A DNA stretch of 64,000 nucleotides from a virus. Its lineage: Duplodnaviria > Caudoviricetes. A model generated the notes under the pieces. It had not been told where the DNA came from and made no database searches. It saw only the letters and a program-made list of their open reading frames with translations. Both the position numbers and the translations under genes were made by a program. The stretch spans positions 32,001 through 96,000 of the IMG/VR virus record IMGVR_UViG_3300021400_001310. One strand, 5' to 3'. Numbering within the stretch: position 1 is the first letter of the stretch; every line of letters starts with the position of its first letter. Shown piece by piece: positions 1-11,192 of this stretch.

Positions 1-3000
1 AATAATGTTCCAAAGAAGAAGCAAATAGAGTTCTCCGCTCAAAATGCAGAGAAGACGCGAAACATAATCAACAACATTTCCACTTCGATGCAATCAGTCC
101 CCGAAAATAAATTTGTAAGCATTCTTCTTAACGTTAAAGAACAAGTAACAAAGGCGGCAGGTAGAATTTTAGCTAAGCTTGGAATTAGTTTGGCGTCCGG
201 AACTGTAAAGAATACGGTTGTTACTACGTCAACTACATATGGAGCACCAGCCAACAGAATGAAAATGGTGCGTATGGCAAAAGCACAAGGCACCGCCTTT
301 AAATCTGGTAACTGGGGAACCAAAAGTGATGGTGTCGCATTAGGCGGAGAACTGGGGCAAGAACTTGTTGTAAGAGACGGAAGGTTCTTTACAATCGGTG
401 ACGACTCGGCTGAATTTTTCAAGTACAAACGTGGCGATATTATCTTTAATGCCGAACAAACATCCGAAATTTTTAGGTTCGGAAAAATCAAGAACGCAAA
501 AGCAAGAGGTCAAGCCTTATCTTCAGGTAATGCATTTGTAGAAGGGAATGCGTTTAACAAAGGTGCAAACGGGTCTCAGGGCATTAAGTTAACCACTATT
601 AAAGCATCTGGTTCAACGAGTAAGACCAGTAAGTCGTCCAAAAAATCTTCATCTAAAAACTCCGATAGTTCAAAAGAAGATTCAAAGTCTAAGATTGACT
701 ATATTGAAATTGCGATAGACAGACTTGAAAGAGCAGTTAAAAAGCTCGAGCGTGTTGCTACGAGTTCCTTTAAGACTTTGGATAAGAGACTTAAAGCCAC
801 TACTGATGAATTTGCCAAACTTAACGAAGAGGCATCTACTTATCAGAAAGCATATAATAAATATCTATCTGCAGCAAATGCTGTTAACGTTTCTTCTTCC
901 ATTAAGAAAAAAGTACAAAACGGTTCAATAGATATAACAGAATACAGCTCAGAAACAGCCGACTTGATTAACGAATACAAATCTCTATATGAAAAAGCAT
1001 TAGATGCTAAAGACGCTATAGAAGAAATTAGAGAGACGCAGGCTTCCTTATATGAAAACAAGTTTAACGATATGATGGAAGATTATGAGAGTCAGCTTAA
1101 CCAATTTGAACATCAAGCCAATATCTACAATTCGGCTATTGAGACTTCTGCCGCAAAGGGATATTTGGCAAGTACCAAATATTACGAAGCGCTTATTGAA
1201 AATGAGTATAAGAACATCGATGTTTTGCAGAAAGAAATGAATAAACTGATCCAAGCAAGGGATGTGGCGGTAAGTAGCGGTTATATTGAAAAGTATTCTC
1301 AATCATGGTACAAAATGCAGGATTCAATTAACGGTGTCGAAGAAGCAATAAACGATGCGAATAAATCTTTAGTAGAATTTAAAAACAATATACGTGACAC
1401 CAGATGGGAAAACTTTGCATTTCTACAAGATGAAATATCTCAGATAACATCTGAATCAAATTTCTTAATAGACTTAATGAGTGATTCCAAATTGTTTGAC
1501 GACAAAGGAACAATAACAGATTCCGGTATGGCAACAATGGGATTACGAGCTATGAATTATGACGTATATATGGCACAAGCGGACAAATACGCCAAAGAGA
1601 TTCAGGAGGTAAATAAGGAACTTGCTTCGGATGAAAACAAGAAGAATACCAACCTTATCAAAAAACGTGAAGAACTTTTAGAGCTGCAAAGAGAATCGAT
1701 ATTATCTGCTGAGAATGAAAAAGGAGCTATTAAAGATTTAGTAAGCTCAGGAATCGATCTTCAAATATCTTCTTTACAGAAATTGATTAATAAATATAAC
1801 GATTCACTTGATAGTGCAAAGGATTTATACGATTATCAAAAGAGATTAAAGGATAGCACGTCTGAGATCGCTTCTCTTCAAAAGCAGTTAGCGGCATATC
1901 AAAATGATACTTCGGAAGAAACAAAAGCAACTGTACAGAGGCTTAAAGTCGAGTTACAAAAATCACAAGAGAATTTACAAGACACAGAGTATGATCGTTA
2001 TATTAGTGAACAGAAAAAGTTATTAGATCACTTATTTAATGAATATGAAGATTTGCTTAATCAGAGATTGGATAATATTGAGCTATTACTTTCTGACGCA
2101 ATTACGATGGCGAATGATAATACATACAGCATTAACGAAACAATCGAGACAGCGACACAGGATGTCGGCTATACATTAACTGACGAATTATCAAATGTCT
2201 GGAATGGTACTATTGTTTCGCTCGAAGGTACATTATCTGAATATGGAGATAACTTTGCAGAGAAATTAACAACCATCAATGCCGTTTTAGATTCCATATC
2301 ATCAAACGTAGGGTCTATGGTTGCTGAAAGTAATGCTAAAGCGACGGCTGCGACAGGCAAATCTTCTTCTACAAGTCAGAGTAAAACTGCATCTTCAACC
2401 ACACCGAAGGCAACAACTACCACAACTAAAACATCAACAACTACTTCTAAGGCTATTAAGGTTGGCGGAACAATCAATGCAGGTAATGCGAAAATCTACA
2501 AATCAAGCGACGGTAAGGGTGCGTCTACCCAGTATTATAAAAAGGATCCTATTTATACTGTTATTAGAGAAAACAACGGTTATGTGTTAGTAAGACATCA
2601 CACCTTGAAAAAGGGCAGTACAGGCTGGTTTAAAAAGTCAGATGTCAAGGCTTATAAACATGGTGGTCTTGCTAAAGAGACAGGCTTTGCTTGGTTGGAT
2701 GGAACTCCGCAAAAGCCCGAAGCGGTATTAAGCGCCACAGACACCAATAACCTACTCCGATTAACAGATATGCTTGATAAGATTAACAGGCTTAATAATA
2801 CAGATACTTATAGCAGAATGTTGCCAACTATAATATCCGACGTGTCTGAAACAAATAAAAAGATACTTGGTTCAATCAACACTGTAAGTGGCAATCAAGG
2901 ATTTAGAGATGCGATAGTTAATATTGGTATTGAACACGTTGAAGACTATAATGACTTTATGAGGCAACTCACACAAGATAACAACTTTATTAAATTCGTT

Positions 3001-3066
3001 CAATCTTTTACGATTGATAGAGTTGCAGGCGGAAGCCCATTATCAAAAAACAAATACAGATGGTAA
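1..3066 (+). CDS. Tail tape measure protein, C-terminal part (5'-truncated by window)
   Basis: Frame is open from base 1; long coiled-coil; ELGQELVV and GGLA..G.AWLDGTPQKPEAVL motifs typical of tape-measure C-termini; SH3-like GWFKKSDV segment; lies upstream of Dit/Tal. Confidence 0.85.
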   Translation, partial: NNVPKKKQIEFSAQNAEKTRNIINNISTSMQSVPENKFVSILLNVKEQVTKAAGRILAKLGISLASGTVKNTVVTTSTTYGAPANRMKMVRMAKAQGTAFKSGNWGTKSDGVALGGELGQELVVRDGRFFTIGDDSAEFFKYKRGDIIFNAEQTSEIFRFGKIKNAKARGQALSSGNAFVEGNAFNKGANGSQGIKLTTIKASGSTSKTSKSSKKSSSKNSDSSKEDSKSKIDYIEIAIDRLERAVKKLERVATSSFKTLDKRLKATTDEFAKLNEEASTYQKAYNKYLSAANAVNVSSSIKKKVQNGSIDITEYSSETADLINEYKSLYEKALDAKDAIEEIRETQASLYENKFNDMMEDYESQLNQFEHQANIYNSAIETSAAKGYLASTKYYEALIENEYKNIDVLQKEMNKLIQARDVAVSSGYIEKYSQSWYKMQDSINGVEEAINDANKSLVEFKNNIRDTRWENFAFLQDEISQITSESNFLIDLMSDSKLFDDKGTITDSGMATMGLRAMNYDVYMAQADKYAKEIQEVNKELASDENKKNTNLIKKREELLELQRESILSAENEKGAIKDLVSSGIDLQISSLQKLINKYNDSLDSAKDLYDYQKRLKDSTSEIASLQKQLAAYQNDTSEETKATVQRLKVELQKSQENLQDTEYDRYISEQKKLLDHLFNEYEDLLNQRLDNIELLLSDAITMANDNTYSINETIETATQDVGYTLTDELSNVWNGTIVSLEGTLSEYGDNFAEKLTTINAVLDSISSNVGSMVAESNAKATAATGKSSSTSQSKTASSTTPKATTTTTKTSTTTSKAIKVGGTINAGNAKIYKSSDGKGASTQYYKKDPIYTVIRENNGYVLVRHHTLKKGSTGWFKKSDVKAYKHGGLAKETGFAWLDGTPQKPEAVLSATDTNNLLRLTDMLDKINRLNNTDTYSRMLPTIISDVSETNKKILGSINTVSGNQGFRDAIVNIGIEHVEDYNDFMRQLTQDNNFIKFVQSFTIDRVAGGSPLSKNKYRW

Positions 3067-3113
3067 TATCGGGAGTGGGCAACCACTCCCCTATTATTAT
3101 TCGGAGGAAACTA

Positions 3114-3416
3114 ATGAGAACTAAAAATAAAATATTCCAACGCCTAAACAAAAAACAGGTAAAGGATTTAAAAGAAGAACTCTCTCTCTTAAAACATAAC
3201 AATTTAGAGTATGAAAAGATTATTTCATGCAAAAACAATGAAATCTCTGAATTGAAAAATCAAATCAATGATGCTATTAAAGAGCGAGAAGATGCTATTA
3301 AAGAGCTTATTGAATTCAAAAAAGTTTACTCTGCTCTGCTTGAAGATATTTATAAGACTAAGAAAGAGTATACATCTGAATTTAAAAAAATTATCAAACA
3401 AGTAAAGAAAATATAA
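3114..3416 (+). CDS. Hypothetical coiled-coil protein
   Basis: GGAGG RBS before ATG at 3114 (preferred over the ORF-track start at 3060). Confidence 0.6.
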   Translation: MRTKNKIFQRLNKKQVKDLKEELSLLKHNNLEYEKIISCKNNEISELKNQINDAIKEREDAIKELIEFKKVYSALLEDIYKTKKEYTSEFKKIIKQVKKI

Positions 3417-3434
3417 AGAAAGGACGGTGGTGAT

Positions 3435-4370
3435 TTGTACGCAGAAGATTTTGAATATGATGGCACAAAGCTCAGTGATTTTGGATTCGTGATATGTAAC
3501 TTTAATGAAGATTCAGGAATTACTAATTTATCTGCAGGAGCCGAAATTGTCTTTGACACCGTTCCAGTAAATCACGGAAGAAGGCGTATTCTTACAGGTT
3601 CTAAGTATCAGGAATGCCTGTCTGCTACTTTTGATATTATTAAAGATCCCTGCGCAAACGAAAATATTGCTATTTCCGATTCCGAATACATCAAGCTATT
3701 AACTTGGCTTAACAGGCATAAATTTTTAAATTTTAATTTTGTTAACACCGAAGAAGTTAATATTCTTCGTTACTATAAAGCCAGCTTTAATATAGAAGAT
3801 ATTAGAATTGACGATACGTTATACGGTCTACATTTAAATATGACAACCGACAAACCATTTTGTTATGGATACGATAAAAGCCTTTCAAAACTATATTATC
3901 CAACTTCCGTTAATTATATTTTACCAACAAACGAAAATGGTATGTTGATTTATTCACTTGATCAGTTTGAATCATTTGATGGTTATACAAGATATCAAAA
4001 TATCTACATAAACAATTATAGCAATGAATTAGGTTTTGTCCCGCTAAACATAAAATTTAACACCGGTTCGGCATCTGGTACTATTCGTTTTTATAATGAA
4101 ACAACAGGAGAAAATACTTATGTCTATAACACATCGCCAAATGAAACTATAACCATAGACAGCGAAAATAAAATTATTTCATCTGATTTAGAATTACATA
4201 AAATATACAACGATTTTAATTTTGTTTTTCCTCGATTAGAAAGAAAAACACTATCTTTATCTACATATAACAATAAACTAAAGTTCGGTTATGATAATCC
4301 AAATAAATCAGAAAAAATATCCAGCGTTGAACTGTCTTACCATCCGATAATTAAAGGTTCTATATTCTAA
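3435..4370 (+). CDS. Distal tail protein (Dit-like)
   Basis: DFEYDG.KLSDFG N-terminus, T(D)KPF.YG motif, ETITIDSEN..I C-terminus; position between tape measure and Tal. Confidence 0.75.
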   Translation: MYAEDFEYDGTKLSDFGFVICNFNEDSGITNLSAGAEIVFDTVPVNHGRRRILTGSKYQECLSATFDIIKDPCANENIAISDSEYIKLLTWLNRHKFLNFNFVNTEEVNILRYYKASFNIEDIRIDDTLYGLHLNMTTDKPFCYGYDKSLSKLYYPTSVNYILPTNENGMLIYSLDQFESFDGYTRYQNIYINNYSNELGFVPLNIKFNTGSASGTIRFYNETTGENTYVYNTSPNETITIDSENKIISSDLELHKIYNDFNFVFPRLERKTLSLSTYNNKLKFGYDNPNKSEKISSVELSYHPIIKGSIF

Positions 4371-4386
4371 GAGAGGAGGTGTACTT

Positions 4387-7300
4387 ATGGCAATAAGGAT
4401 TGACTTTGATTCCGAACATAATATTGTTGAGCCAACATTAGTCTTAACGACAAAGAACGGAAATAAATTAGGTGTTCTGAATTATTATGATTGGTCTTTT
4501 AGGGAAGAGATTGGTTCTTACGAAATGGCGTTTTCAATAAGCAAAACAGACAACGGAGAGGTTGCCGATATCTGGAGCATGGTAACCGATTTCAAATTAA
4601 TATGGTGTAAAGAATGGGATAGATACTTTGAGATAACGGTCGAAATAGACGAATCTGATGAGACTATAAAAAACATCTCTGCTAAGGCTTTAGGTATAGC
4701 TGAGCTTTCACAAATAATGCTTTATAATATTGAGATTAATACCGAAGATGACATTGCGAGGGATGACTATGAAAAGCCCACAGTTTTATATGACGAAACA
4801 AATAGTAAAATTTCCCTGCTGAATAGAATAACAGAAAAGGCGCCTCATTATACTATTGCCCATGTTGATAATAGTATAGCAAATATACAAAGGACTTTCT
4901 CTTTTAATAACATATCTTTATGGGATGCGTTTACAGAAATAGGAGAAGAAATAGGTTGTCTATTTGTAGTAGATGCAACAGAAGATGCTGAAAATACTCC
5001 CGGCATAAAAAGAGAGATAAGGGTTTACGATCTTGAGTATTATTGTTTAGACTGTGAAACAAGATCGGAATTCGAGGCAAGTTGCCCTAAATGCGGAAGT
5101 ACAAATATTAAACCCCCTTCGATTGGAGAAGATACAAATATTTTTATTTCAGTGGAAAATTTAGCTGATAATATTACATACGCAACTAATGATGGTGAGA
5201 TAAAAAACTGTTTTAAGCTGGAGGCTGGAGACGAGCTAATGACCGCCTCAATTATTAATTGTAATCCAAACGGAAGTGCATATATTTGGAATCTTTCTAA
5301 TAACACAAAGAGCGATATGAGTGAAAGTCTTGTATCCAAACTAAGAGATTATGATGACGATTTTAATTCATATCAAAATAGTCATAAGTATGAGATTAAT
5401 AATTATTCTGATTACAATAAATTGATTGACGATTATTCTGACTTTTTAAGATATAGATATAAAGTATCAGAAACCGATCCTCTTGATTTCAAGAAGATTC
5501 CTGCATCTGGCGTAACTGGTTATCCGAATTTAATGAACAAAATGTATGACATCATAGATATTAATTTGTTCTTGGAACACGAGCTTTTGCCCATTCCTGA
5601 TTCAGATATCTCCCCTGTTACGTCTGCTGAAAATGAATTAAATAAGATTATAGGTACTGGAGCGCTAAACACTTATGTTTTAAGCGCAGCAAGCTTAACT
5701 TCCGCTATGGTAACTAATGCAGTAGTTGGAACAGCCAAATCAATCATAAATCCATTATATAATGTAGTAGCAAGTGATACGAATTATAACAGTAGTGATC
5801 ATACTTGGTGCGGCAAAATAACAGTAACACGATATGCAGATAAAGATGATACAGCAATATCGGGCATTCTTTCCGCTTCTATTACTGTCGTAAACGATAA
5901 AACCAAGGATGCTTATAGAGAATATGTTAAGCAAAAAATAAACCGAATTATTAATCAAAAAACAGATGACCTAAACGGAATTACAACCTTATTTTCGTCA
6001 GAAGTTTCTTATAATGATTTTGTAAATGAGCTAAATAAATATAGCTTAAAATATCTTGAAACATTAGAAGCAGCAGCTATGTCGTGTATCGATATTTTAA
6101 TAGAACAAGGTGTTTCTGAGAAAACAAACGCTTTTTACAATACACTATATATACCTTACTATAGAAAGTATTTAGCTGTATTAAACGAAGAAAAAGAACG
6201 AAGAAACGAAGTTAAAATCTGCGAAAAGATTTTAGAAACTATAGAAAATCTTGTTATAGAAACACAACAAGATTTAAATTTTGAAAACTATTTAGGCGAA
6301 ACGCTCTGGAAAGAATTTTGTTCTTATAGACGTGAAGACGTATATCAAAACAATAATTATATTTCGGACGGTTTATCTAACGCTGAATTATTTTCACGTT
6401 CTCTTGAGTTCGTTGATAAAGCAGAAAAAGAGATTTATAAATCTTCACAACTACAGCATGTCATTACAGCCTCACTTGGCAATCTGCTTGTTATGGAGGA
6501 ATTCATTCCAATCGTTGATAAATTCTCCATACTTAATTGGATACGAGCAGAAATTGACGGACAAATATACAGATTAAGATTGGTTAGCTACGAGATAAAT
6601 TCATCAGATTTAAGTCATATAGATGTTGAGTTTTCTGATGCTACAAGAGCAGCGGATCATTTAACAAATCTGTCTGATTTATTAAACAAGGTTTCGTCAA
6701 TGACGTCTTCTTATAATGCTGTGATACACCAAGCCGAACAAGGAAATAAGGGATATAGTCGTTTAAACAACTGGGTTAATGACGGTCTATCTCTTACTAA
6801 TATGAAAATAGTAAGCGATAGTGATAATCAGGCAATAACTTGGGACGAGCATGGTATGTTAGCAAGGGAGTACGTCCCTATTACCGACGATTATTCTGAA
6901 AAGCAGTTGAAAATTATCAACAAAGGTTTATACCTGACAGACGACGGATGGGAATCTACCCGTGCAGCCATAGGAGATTTTGTTTTCTATAACCCTAACA
7001 GCAGGAGGTACGAAGAAAGCTATGGTGTAATTGCTAATACTTTGGTTGGTAATTTAATTTTATCAAACGAAGTGGGTGTTTACAATCCTGAAGGAAGCGT
7101 AAAGTTAGATAAAAATGGTATAAAAATTACCATTGATACAACGTTATCGGACTCATTAAAGCAAGCTTCTTTTGAGATAGGTAAACAAAGTTATAGTTAT
7201 GATGAGTACGGAGAAAAACGATACGACGAGGAAGGACATCCTCTCTACGATTATGAAAAACAGATTTGGTTTGATGCAAACGGCAATGCTCATTTCAAAG

Positions 7301-8949
7301 GTAAGATAACTGCAACGGAATTACTGATTGGAGAAGAGTCCGGAGGTTCCGTTTCTTATAATACTTTTGATAATGCAGTAAGCAATATTATTGATAGTTA
7401 TGACTTTTCAGATATAGAGGATAGTGTTAAAGAAGCCATTAAGGATGATATTGATGGTAAATCAACCATACATTATGACACTAATGAGCCAACAGATGCA
7501 AACGAAAATGACTTATGGGTAAAAAGCATTTCTGTGCCAAATAGTATAACTGGAGCCACAGAAAACACATATGAGTTGTATCGTTATACAATAGTAGATG
7601 ATATATTGCAGTGGGTAAAAATAAATGATACAACCCTTACTGGTGCAATTGCAGGGCTTGGTTCGGTAAAGGCTATTGCTGACGGTAAAATAAGAACATA
7701 CGCACAAGATGATGCTCCCGTTCATTCAGCCGCTAATCCTTTATCTGAGGGCGACCTGTGGATTGATACAAATGATAATAACTGTATGTATCGTTGGAAA
7801 GTTACGTCGGGAACGGGGTCTTGGGTAAAAGTTAGAGATAATAGTAAGACATCGACATACTACTCTGAAACCGAACCACAAAATCCAGATGATAGAGATT
7901 TATGGTTTAATACAGGAAGTAATAAAATAAAAAAATATAATTCAACCGCCAGTTGGAATTTAGATATTTCAAATGAGTTGAGGGATTTTATTAATGTGGT
8001 ATACAGTCAATTATCAGATTTAGACGGCAAAAGTATAAAATTCTTTTTTCAAACATCTACACCGCCAAAAGACGGAACAGATAATGACATTTGGTATTAT
8101 GATCGGGATGATAAAAAGGATTTACGACATTTTAGTGTATCAGGGAATTCATGGGGCACAGTATTTAATCCACAGCCCGATACAGAATCTATAACTTATG
8201 TCTACACTAATGTATTACACAGCGTGCAAACAACGAGTGGAAACCCTGTAAAAATACACTTCACAGATGCTGCGCCAGATACTTCTTCAGTCAATGAAAA
8301 AGATATTTGGTATAAACCTGACACCAAAGAAATCTATGTGTATACCAAATGGACAGACCTCAGCGAAAGCGTGTTCTCTGATATTAACGAAGATATACGC
8401 AAGATAATGACATTTGCGGAAGAAGTGAAAGACACTGCTGATTCAAAAGTTGATATATATACCATGAGCAAAAATGAAATGGATAGTTCTGAGATAATAT
8501 TTGATAAGGGCGATTTATGGATAAATACTGATAAAAATAATGAACTAAATTATTATGATGGGGTTACATGGAATGTAATTAGTAATGACCTGTCTGATTA
8601 CGCACTTATAACTGATGTTAATCAAAAATTTAACGATGCATACCAGCAAGCGATAAGCTATGCTGACACCATTTTAAAAAATTATAAAACTGACATAGGG
8701 CAATATCTAAATTTCAATTCAAACACAGGATTAGTGCTCGGAGCAAAAAACAGCAACTTTAAAACAATTATAGATAATCAATATCTAAGATTTACAGAGT
8801 CTGATACAACAGTTGCCTATATAGGTAACAAACAGCTAAATATTCAAGAGGCAATAGTTAGAGGGACATTTATTCTTGGGAATTTCGCTTTTAATCCACA
8901 TAATAACGATGACGGATTTTCAATCTCATATAAGGGCACAATATCATAA
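4387..8949 (+). CDS. Tail spike/baseplate hub (Tal-like) with fibre-type repeats
   Basis: 1520 aa after Dit; CxxC-x8-CxxC Zn knuckle; repeated GDLW(I/F)(D/N)T motifs; VAYIGNKQLNI C-terminus. Confidence 0.75.
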   Translation: MAIRIDFDSEHNIVEPTLVLTTKNGNKLGVLNYYDWSFREEIGSYEMAFSISKTDNGEVADIWSMVTDFKLIWCKEWDRYFEITVEIDESDETIKNISAKALGIAELSQIMLYNIEINTEDDIARDDYEKPTVLYDETNSKISLLNRITEKAPHYTIAHVDNSIANIQRTFSFNNISLWDAFTEIGEEIGCLFVVDATEDAENTPGIKREIRVYDLEYYCLDCETRSEFEASCPKCGSTNIKPPSIGEDTNIFISVENLADNITYATNDGEIKNCFKLEAGDELMTASIINCNPNGSAYIWNLSNNTKSDMSESLVSKLRDYDDDFNSYQNSHKYEINNYSDYNKLIDDYSDFLRYRYKVSETDPLDFKKIPASGVTGYPNLMNKMYDIIDINLFLEHELLPIPDSDISPVTSAENELNKIIGTGALNTYVLSAASLTSAMVTNAVVGTAKSIINPLYNVVASDTNYNSSDHTWCGKITVTRYADKDDTAISGILSASITVVNDKTKDAYREYVKQKINRIINQKTDDLNGITTLFSSEVSYNDFVNELNKYSLKYLETLEAAAMSCIDILIEQGVSEKTNAFYNTLYIPYYRKYLAVLNEEKERRNEVKICEKILETIENLVIETQQDLNFENYLGETLWKEFCSYRREDVYQNNNYISDGLSNAELFSRSLEFVDKAEKEIYKSSQLQHVITASLGNLLVMEEFIPIVDKFSILNWIRAEIDGQIYRLRLVSYEINSSDLSHIDVEFSDATRAADHLTNLSDLLNKVSSMTSSYNAVIHQAEQGNKGYSRLNNWVNDGLSLTNMKIVSDSDNQAITWDEHGMLAREYVPITDDYSEKQLKIINKGLYLTDDGWESTRAAIGDFVFYNPNSRRYEESYGVIANTLVGNLILSNEVGVYNPEGSVKLDKNGIKITIDTTLSDSLKQASFEIGKQSYSYDEYGEKRYDEEGHPLYDYEKQIWFDANGNAHFKGKITATELLIGEESGGSVSYNTFDNAVSNIIDSYDFSDIEDSVKEAIKDDIDGKSTIHYDTNEPTDANENDLWVKSISVPNSITGATENTYELYRYTIVDDILQWVKINDTTLTGAIAGLGSVKAIADGKIRTYAQDDAPVHSAANPLSEGDLWIDTNDNNCMYRWKVTSGTGSWVKVRDNSKTSTYYSETEPQNPDDRDLWFNTGSNKIKKYNSTASWNLDISNELRDFINVVYSQLSDLDGKSIKFFFQTSTPPKDGTDNDIWYYDRDDKKDLRHFSVSGNSWGTVFNPQPDTESITYVYTNVLHSVQTTSGNPVKIHFTDAAPDTSSVNEKDIWYKPDTKEIYVYTKWTDLSESVFSDINEDIRKIMTFAEEVKDTADSKVDIYTMSKNEMDSSEIIFDKGDLWINTDKNNELNYYDGVTWNVISNDLSDYALITDVNQKFNDAYQQAISYADTILKNYKTDIGQYLNFNSNTGLVLGAKNSNFKTIIDNQYLRFTESDTTVAYIGNKQLNIQEAIVRGTFILGNFAFNPHNNDDGFSISYKGTIS

Positions 8950-8964
8950 ACAGGGGGTGTTAAT

Positions 8965-11115
8965 ATAGCTTATATTTATAGTGCTGTAACTGCGCAAGGT
9001 TGGCAACTTCGGTTAGAATATAGCTCAACCCAGAATATCTCATCCAATAATTCAACTGTTAATTTAACATTGTCAGTATATAATAAATATACTTCGCATA
9101 ATAAGAACAGCAATTCAGCTTATTATATATTTAAAGTAAGTTATCAGGAAAATAATCAAGAAAGTAAAACTTTTGCGACATACGACTTTAGTAAATCATC
9201 AAAAACTTGGCATAAATTAGGTTCAAGAACAATAACCGTTCCACATAAAGAAGACGGAACACAAACCTTAAAATTAACTGGTACTTGGAGTAGCGGATTC
9301 GGCAGCTCAACATCTTACACTCCAGCAAGCATATCTCTCAGTGGTTCAATAACATTACCTACAATTCCAAGAGCTTCGTTGATTAGTAGTGCATCAAACA
9401 TTACACTCGGAGAAACCTGTAATATTAAATGGACTCCTGCGAATAAAAATTTCAAATACAAATTAAAATTTACATTAGGTGCGAAAAGTATTACTACTGG
9501 TGATTATATTTTACCTAATACAACTAATTCATATACTTATCAAGAACAAATTCTTTCTGTTGATGATTTTGCTCCGCAAATCACTACTTCGACAAAAGGC
9601 ACAATGACTGCATATTTATATACATATAACAGTAATGGCACTCAAGTAGGTTCTGCACAATCAAAAACTTTCCAAGTAACTGTACCAAATACATTAAAAC
9701 CAGAACTAACAATGGATTCAACTCCATGGGAATTTTCAAACACAACCGATTTCACAGACCGTTACGGAGAAATCGGTGTACGAGATATAAGCAAAATCAA
9801 ATTCAATATGTTGGCTTCCGTTAAAGAAGGAGCCACTGTCGTCAAATATATTATCTCTGGTGATTACAATAAAACAATCGAGACTACAAATGAAACTTAT
9901 TCACATACAATGGAGACACCAATAATCAAACCAGATAATGTAGCGGAAACTGCAATAACATTTGATAATACATTTCAAATTAAAGTTGTTGATTCTCGTG
10001 GTTATGAATCTAACTCTGTTTCTGTAAAAACAGGTGAACAAGGGAAAAGTATTTATAATTATCATAAGCCAAAAATAGATGTATTTCGGGGGACAAGGGA
10101 TAAGAGTAATGTTTCGACTGTTGGCATGGTTTGGATGCTGAACTGGACATCAATTAGAATTAATAATGAAGAAAAAAATGTTCTTAATCTAAGTATTGAT
10201 GAGGGTAGCACGAATATTTCCAAAGAATCAGGTTGTCACGCAATGGCTGGCAGTAAAAGCATATCTAATGTCACTAATTCACCACATACATATACACTTA
10301 CAGTTGTTGATACTTTTGGTAATAGTGACTCGTGCCAAATACTAATTCCCTCCCCTCAAGTATTATTAGACTTCAAATCTGGCGGCACTTGTTTAGGCAT
10401 TGGTAGGATGGTAGATTCATCCGATGACGGTCTTGTTGTTGCATTTGATTCAACTTTTGAAGGAGAATCGACATACTTCTATCCAAGATTAAAAACTACG
10501 AATAATGTAACATCTGTTGACACTTCATTTAAAACATCACTGCAAGAAATGCATAGGGCTTTATTCTACAAACCCGGAGAACAGGTAACATTGGAATATT
10601 ACGGCGCTGGTTACCTTCTTAATAGTGGAAAAGTATTAAGATTTCAAATACCCCTGAGTAAAGCTACATCGTTTGTAGAGGATTGTACTATATCTATCAA
10701 TACATTGAAATTAGTGGTGCGAGCGGAAAATAATTCGACAGGGACTCTTACAATATATAATAACGGAAGCAAAACTTCAGGATATACTGTGACGTCCCCG
10801 ATTGTTGAATCGGAAGGATTTACTGGGTCAAAATATAAGAATGGGTTATCTTTCGATGTAACTAAAACCAGCTCGTTTATCCAATCCGGAGCTACCGTAA
10901 CTGGGGCGGGACTTTGGGTCGGAGTAATATTCACATTTGTTACCCCACAAGTTTCAACCAATTCCGAAGATGAATTTTATGAAGATGAAACAGACCCGAC
11001 TAACGGTGACGGTACAGAAAATAATTCAGGAGATTCGATTAACACAGAAAACAACGAAACAAATAATTCAGATAGTCAATCGACTACCGAAAATACTGAG
11101 GAAGAGAATCCTTAA
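8965..11115 (+). CDS. Siphovirus minor tail protein (DUF859-like); probable ATA start
   Basis: LPTIPRAS motif, Ig-like beta content; frame open back to ATA 8965 with GGGGGTG RBS 5 nt upstream. Confidence 0.7.
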   Translation: MAYIYSAVTAQGWQLRLEYSSTQNISSNNSTVNLTLSVYNKYTSHNKNSNSAYYIFKVSYQENNQESKTFATYDFSKSSKTWHKLGSRTITVPHKEDGTQTLKLTGTWSSGFGSSTSYTPASISLSGSITLPTIPRASLISSASNITLGETCNIKWTPANKNFKYKLKFTLGAKSITTGDYILPNTTNSYTYQEQILSVDDFAPQITTSTKGTMTAYLYTYNSNGTQVGSAQSKTFQVTVPNTLKPELTMDSTPWEFSNTTDFTDRYGEIGVRDISKIKFNMLASVKEGATVVKYIISGDYNKTIETTNETYSHTMETPIIKPDNVAETAITFDNTFQIKVVDSRGYESNSVSVKTGEQGKSIYNYHKPKIDVFRGTRDKSNVSTVGMVWMLNWTSIRINNEEKNVLNLSIDEGSTNISKESGCHAMAGSKSISNVTNSPHTYTLTVVDTFGNSDSCQILIPSPQVLLDFKSGGTCLGIGRMVDSSDDGLVVAFDSTFEGESTYFYPRLKTTNNVTSVDTSFKTSLQEMHRALFYKPGEQVTLEYYGAGYLLNSGKVLRFQIPLSKATSFVEDCTISINTLKLVVRAENNSTGTLTIYNNGSKTSGYTVTSPIVESEGFTGSKYKNGLSFDVTKTSSFIQSGATVTGAGLWVGVIFTFVTPQVSTNSEDEFYEDETDPTNGDGTENNSGDSINTENNETNNSDSQSTTENTEEENP

Positions 11116-11140
11116 AATAAAAATCTCATTTTATTAAAAC

Positions 11141-11172
11141 AATAGGGACTGCCATTTAAGGCAGTCCCTATT
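11141..11172 (+). terminator. Intergenic hairpin (terminator/processing site)
   Basis: AATAGGGACTGCC..GGCAGTCCCTATT inverted repeat; related GGGACTG..CAGTCCC hairpin at ~14988-15008. Confidence 0.55.
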
Positions 11173-11192
11173 GCAAAGGAGGAATATATACA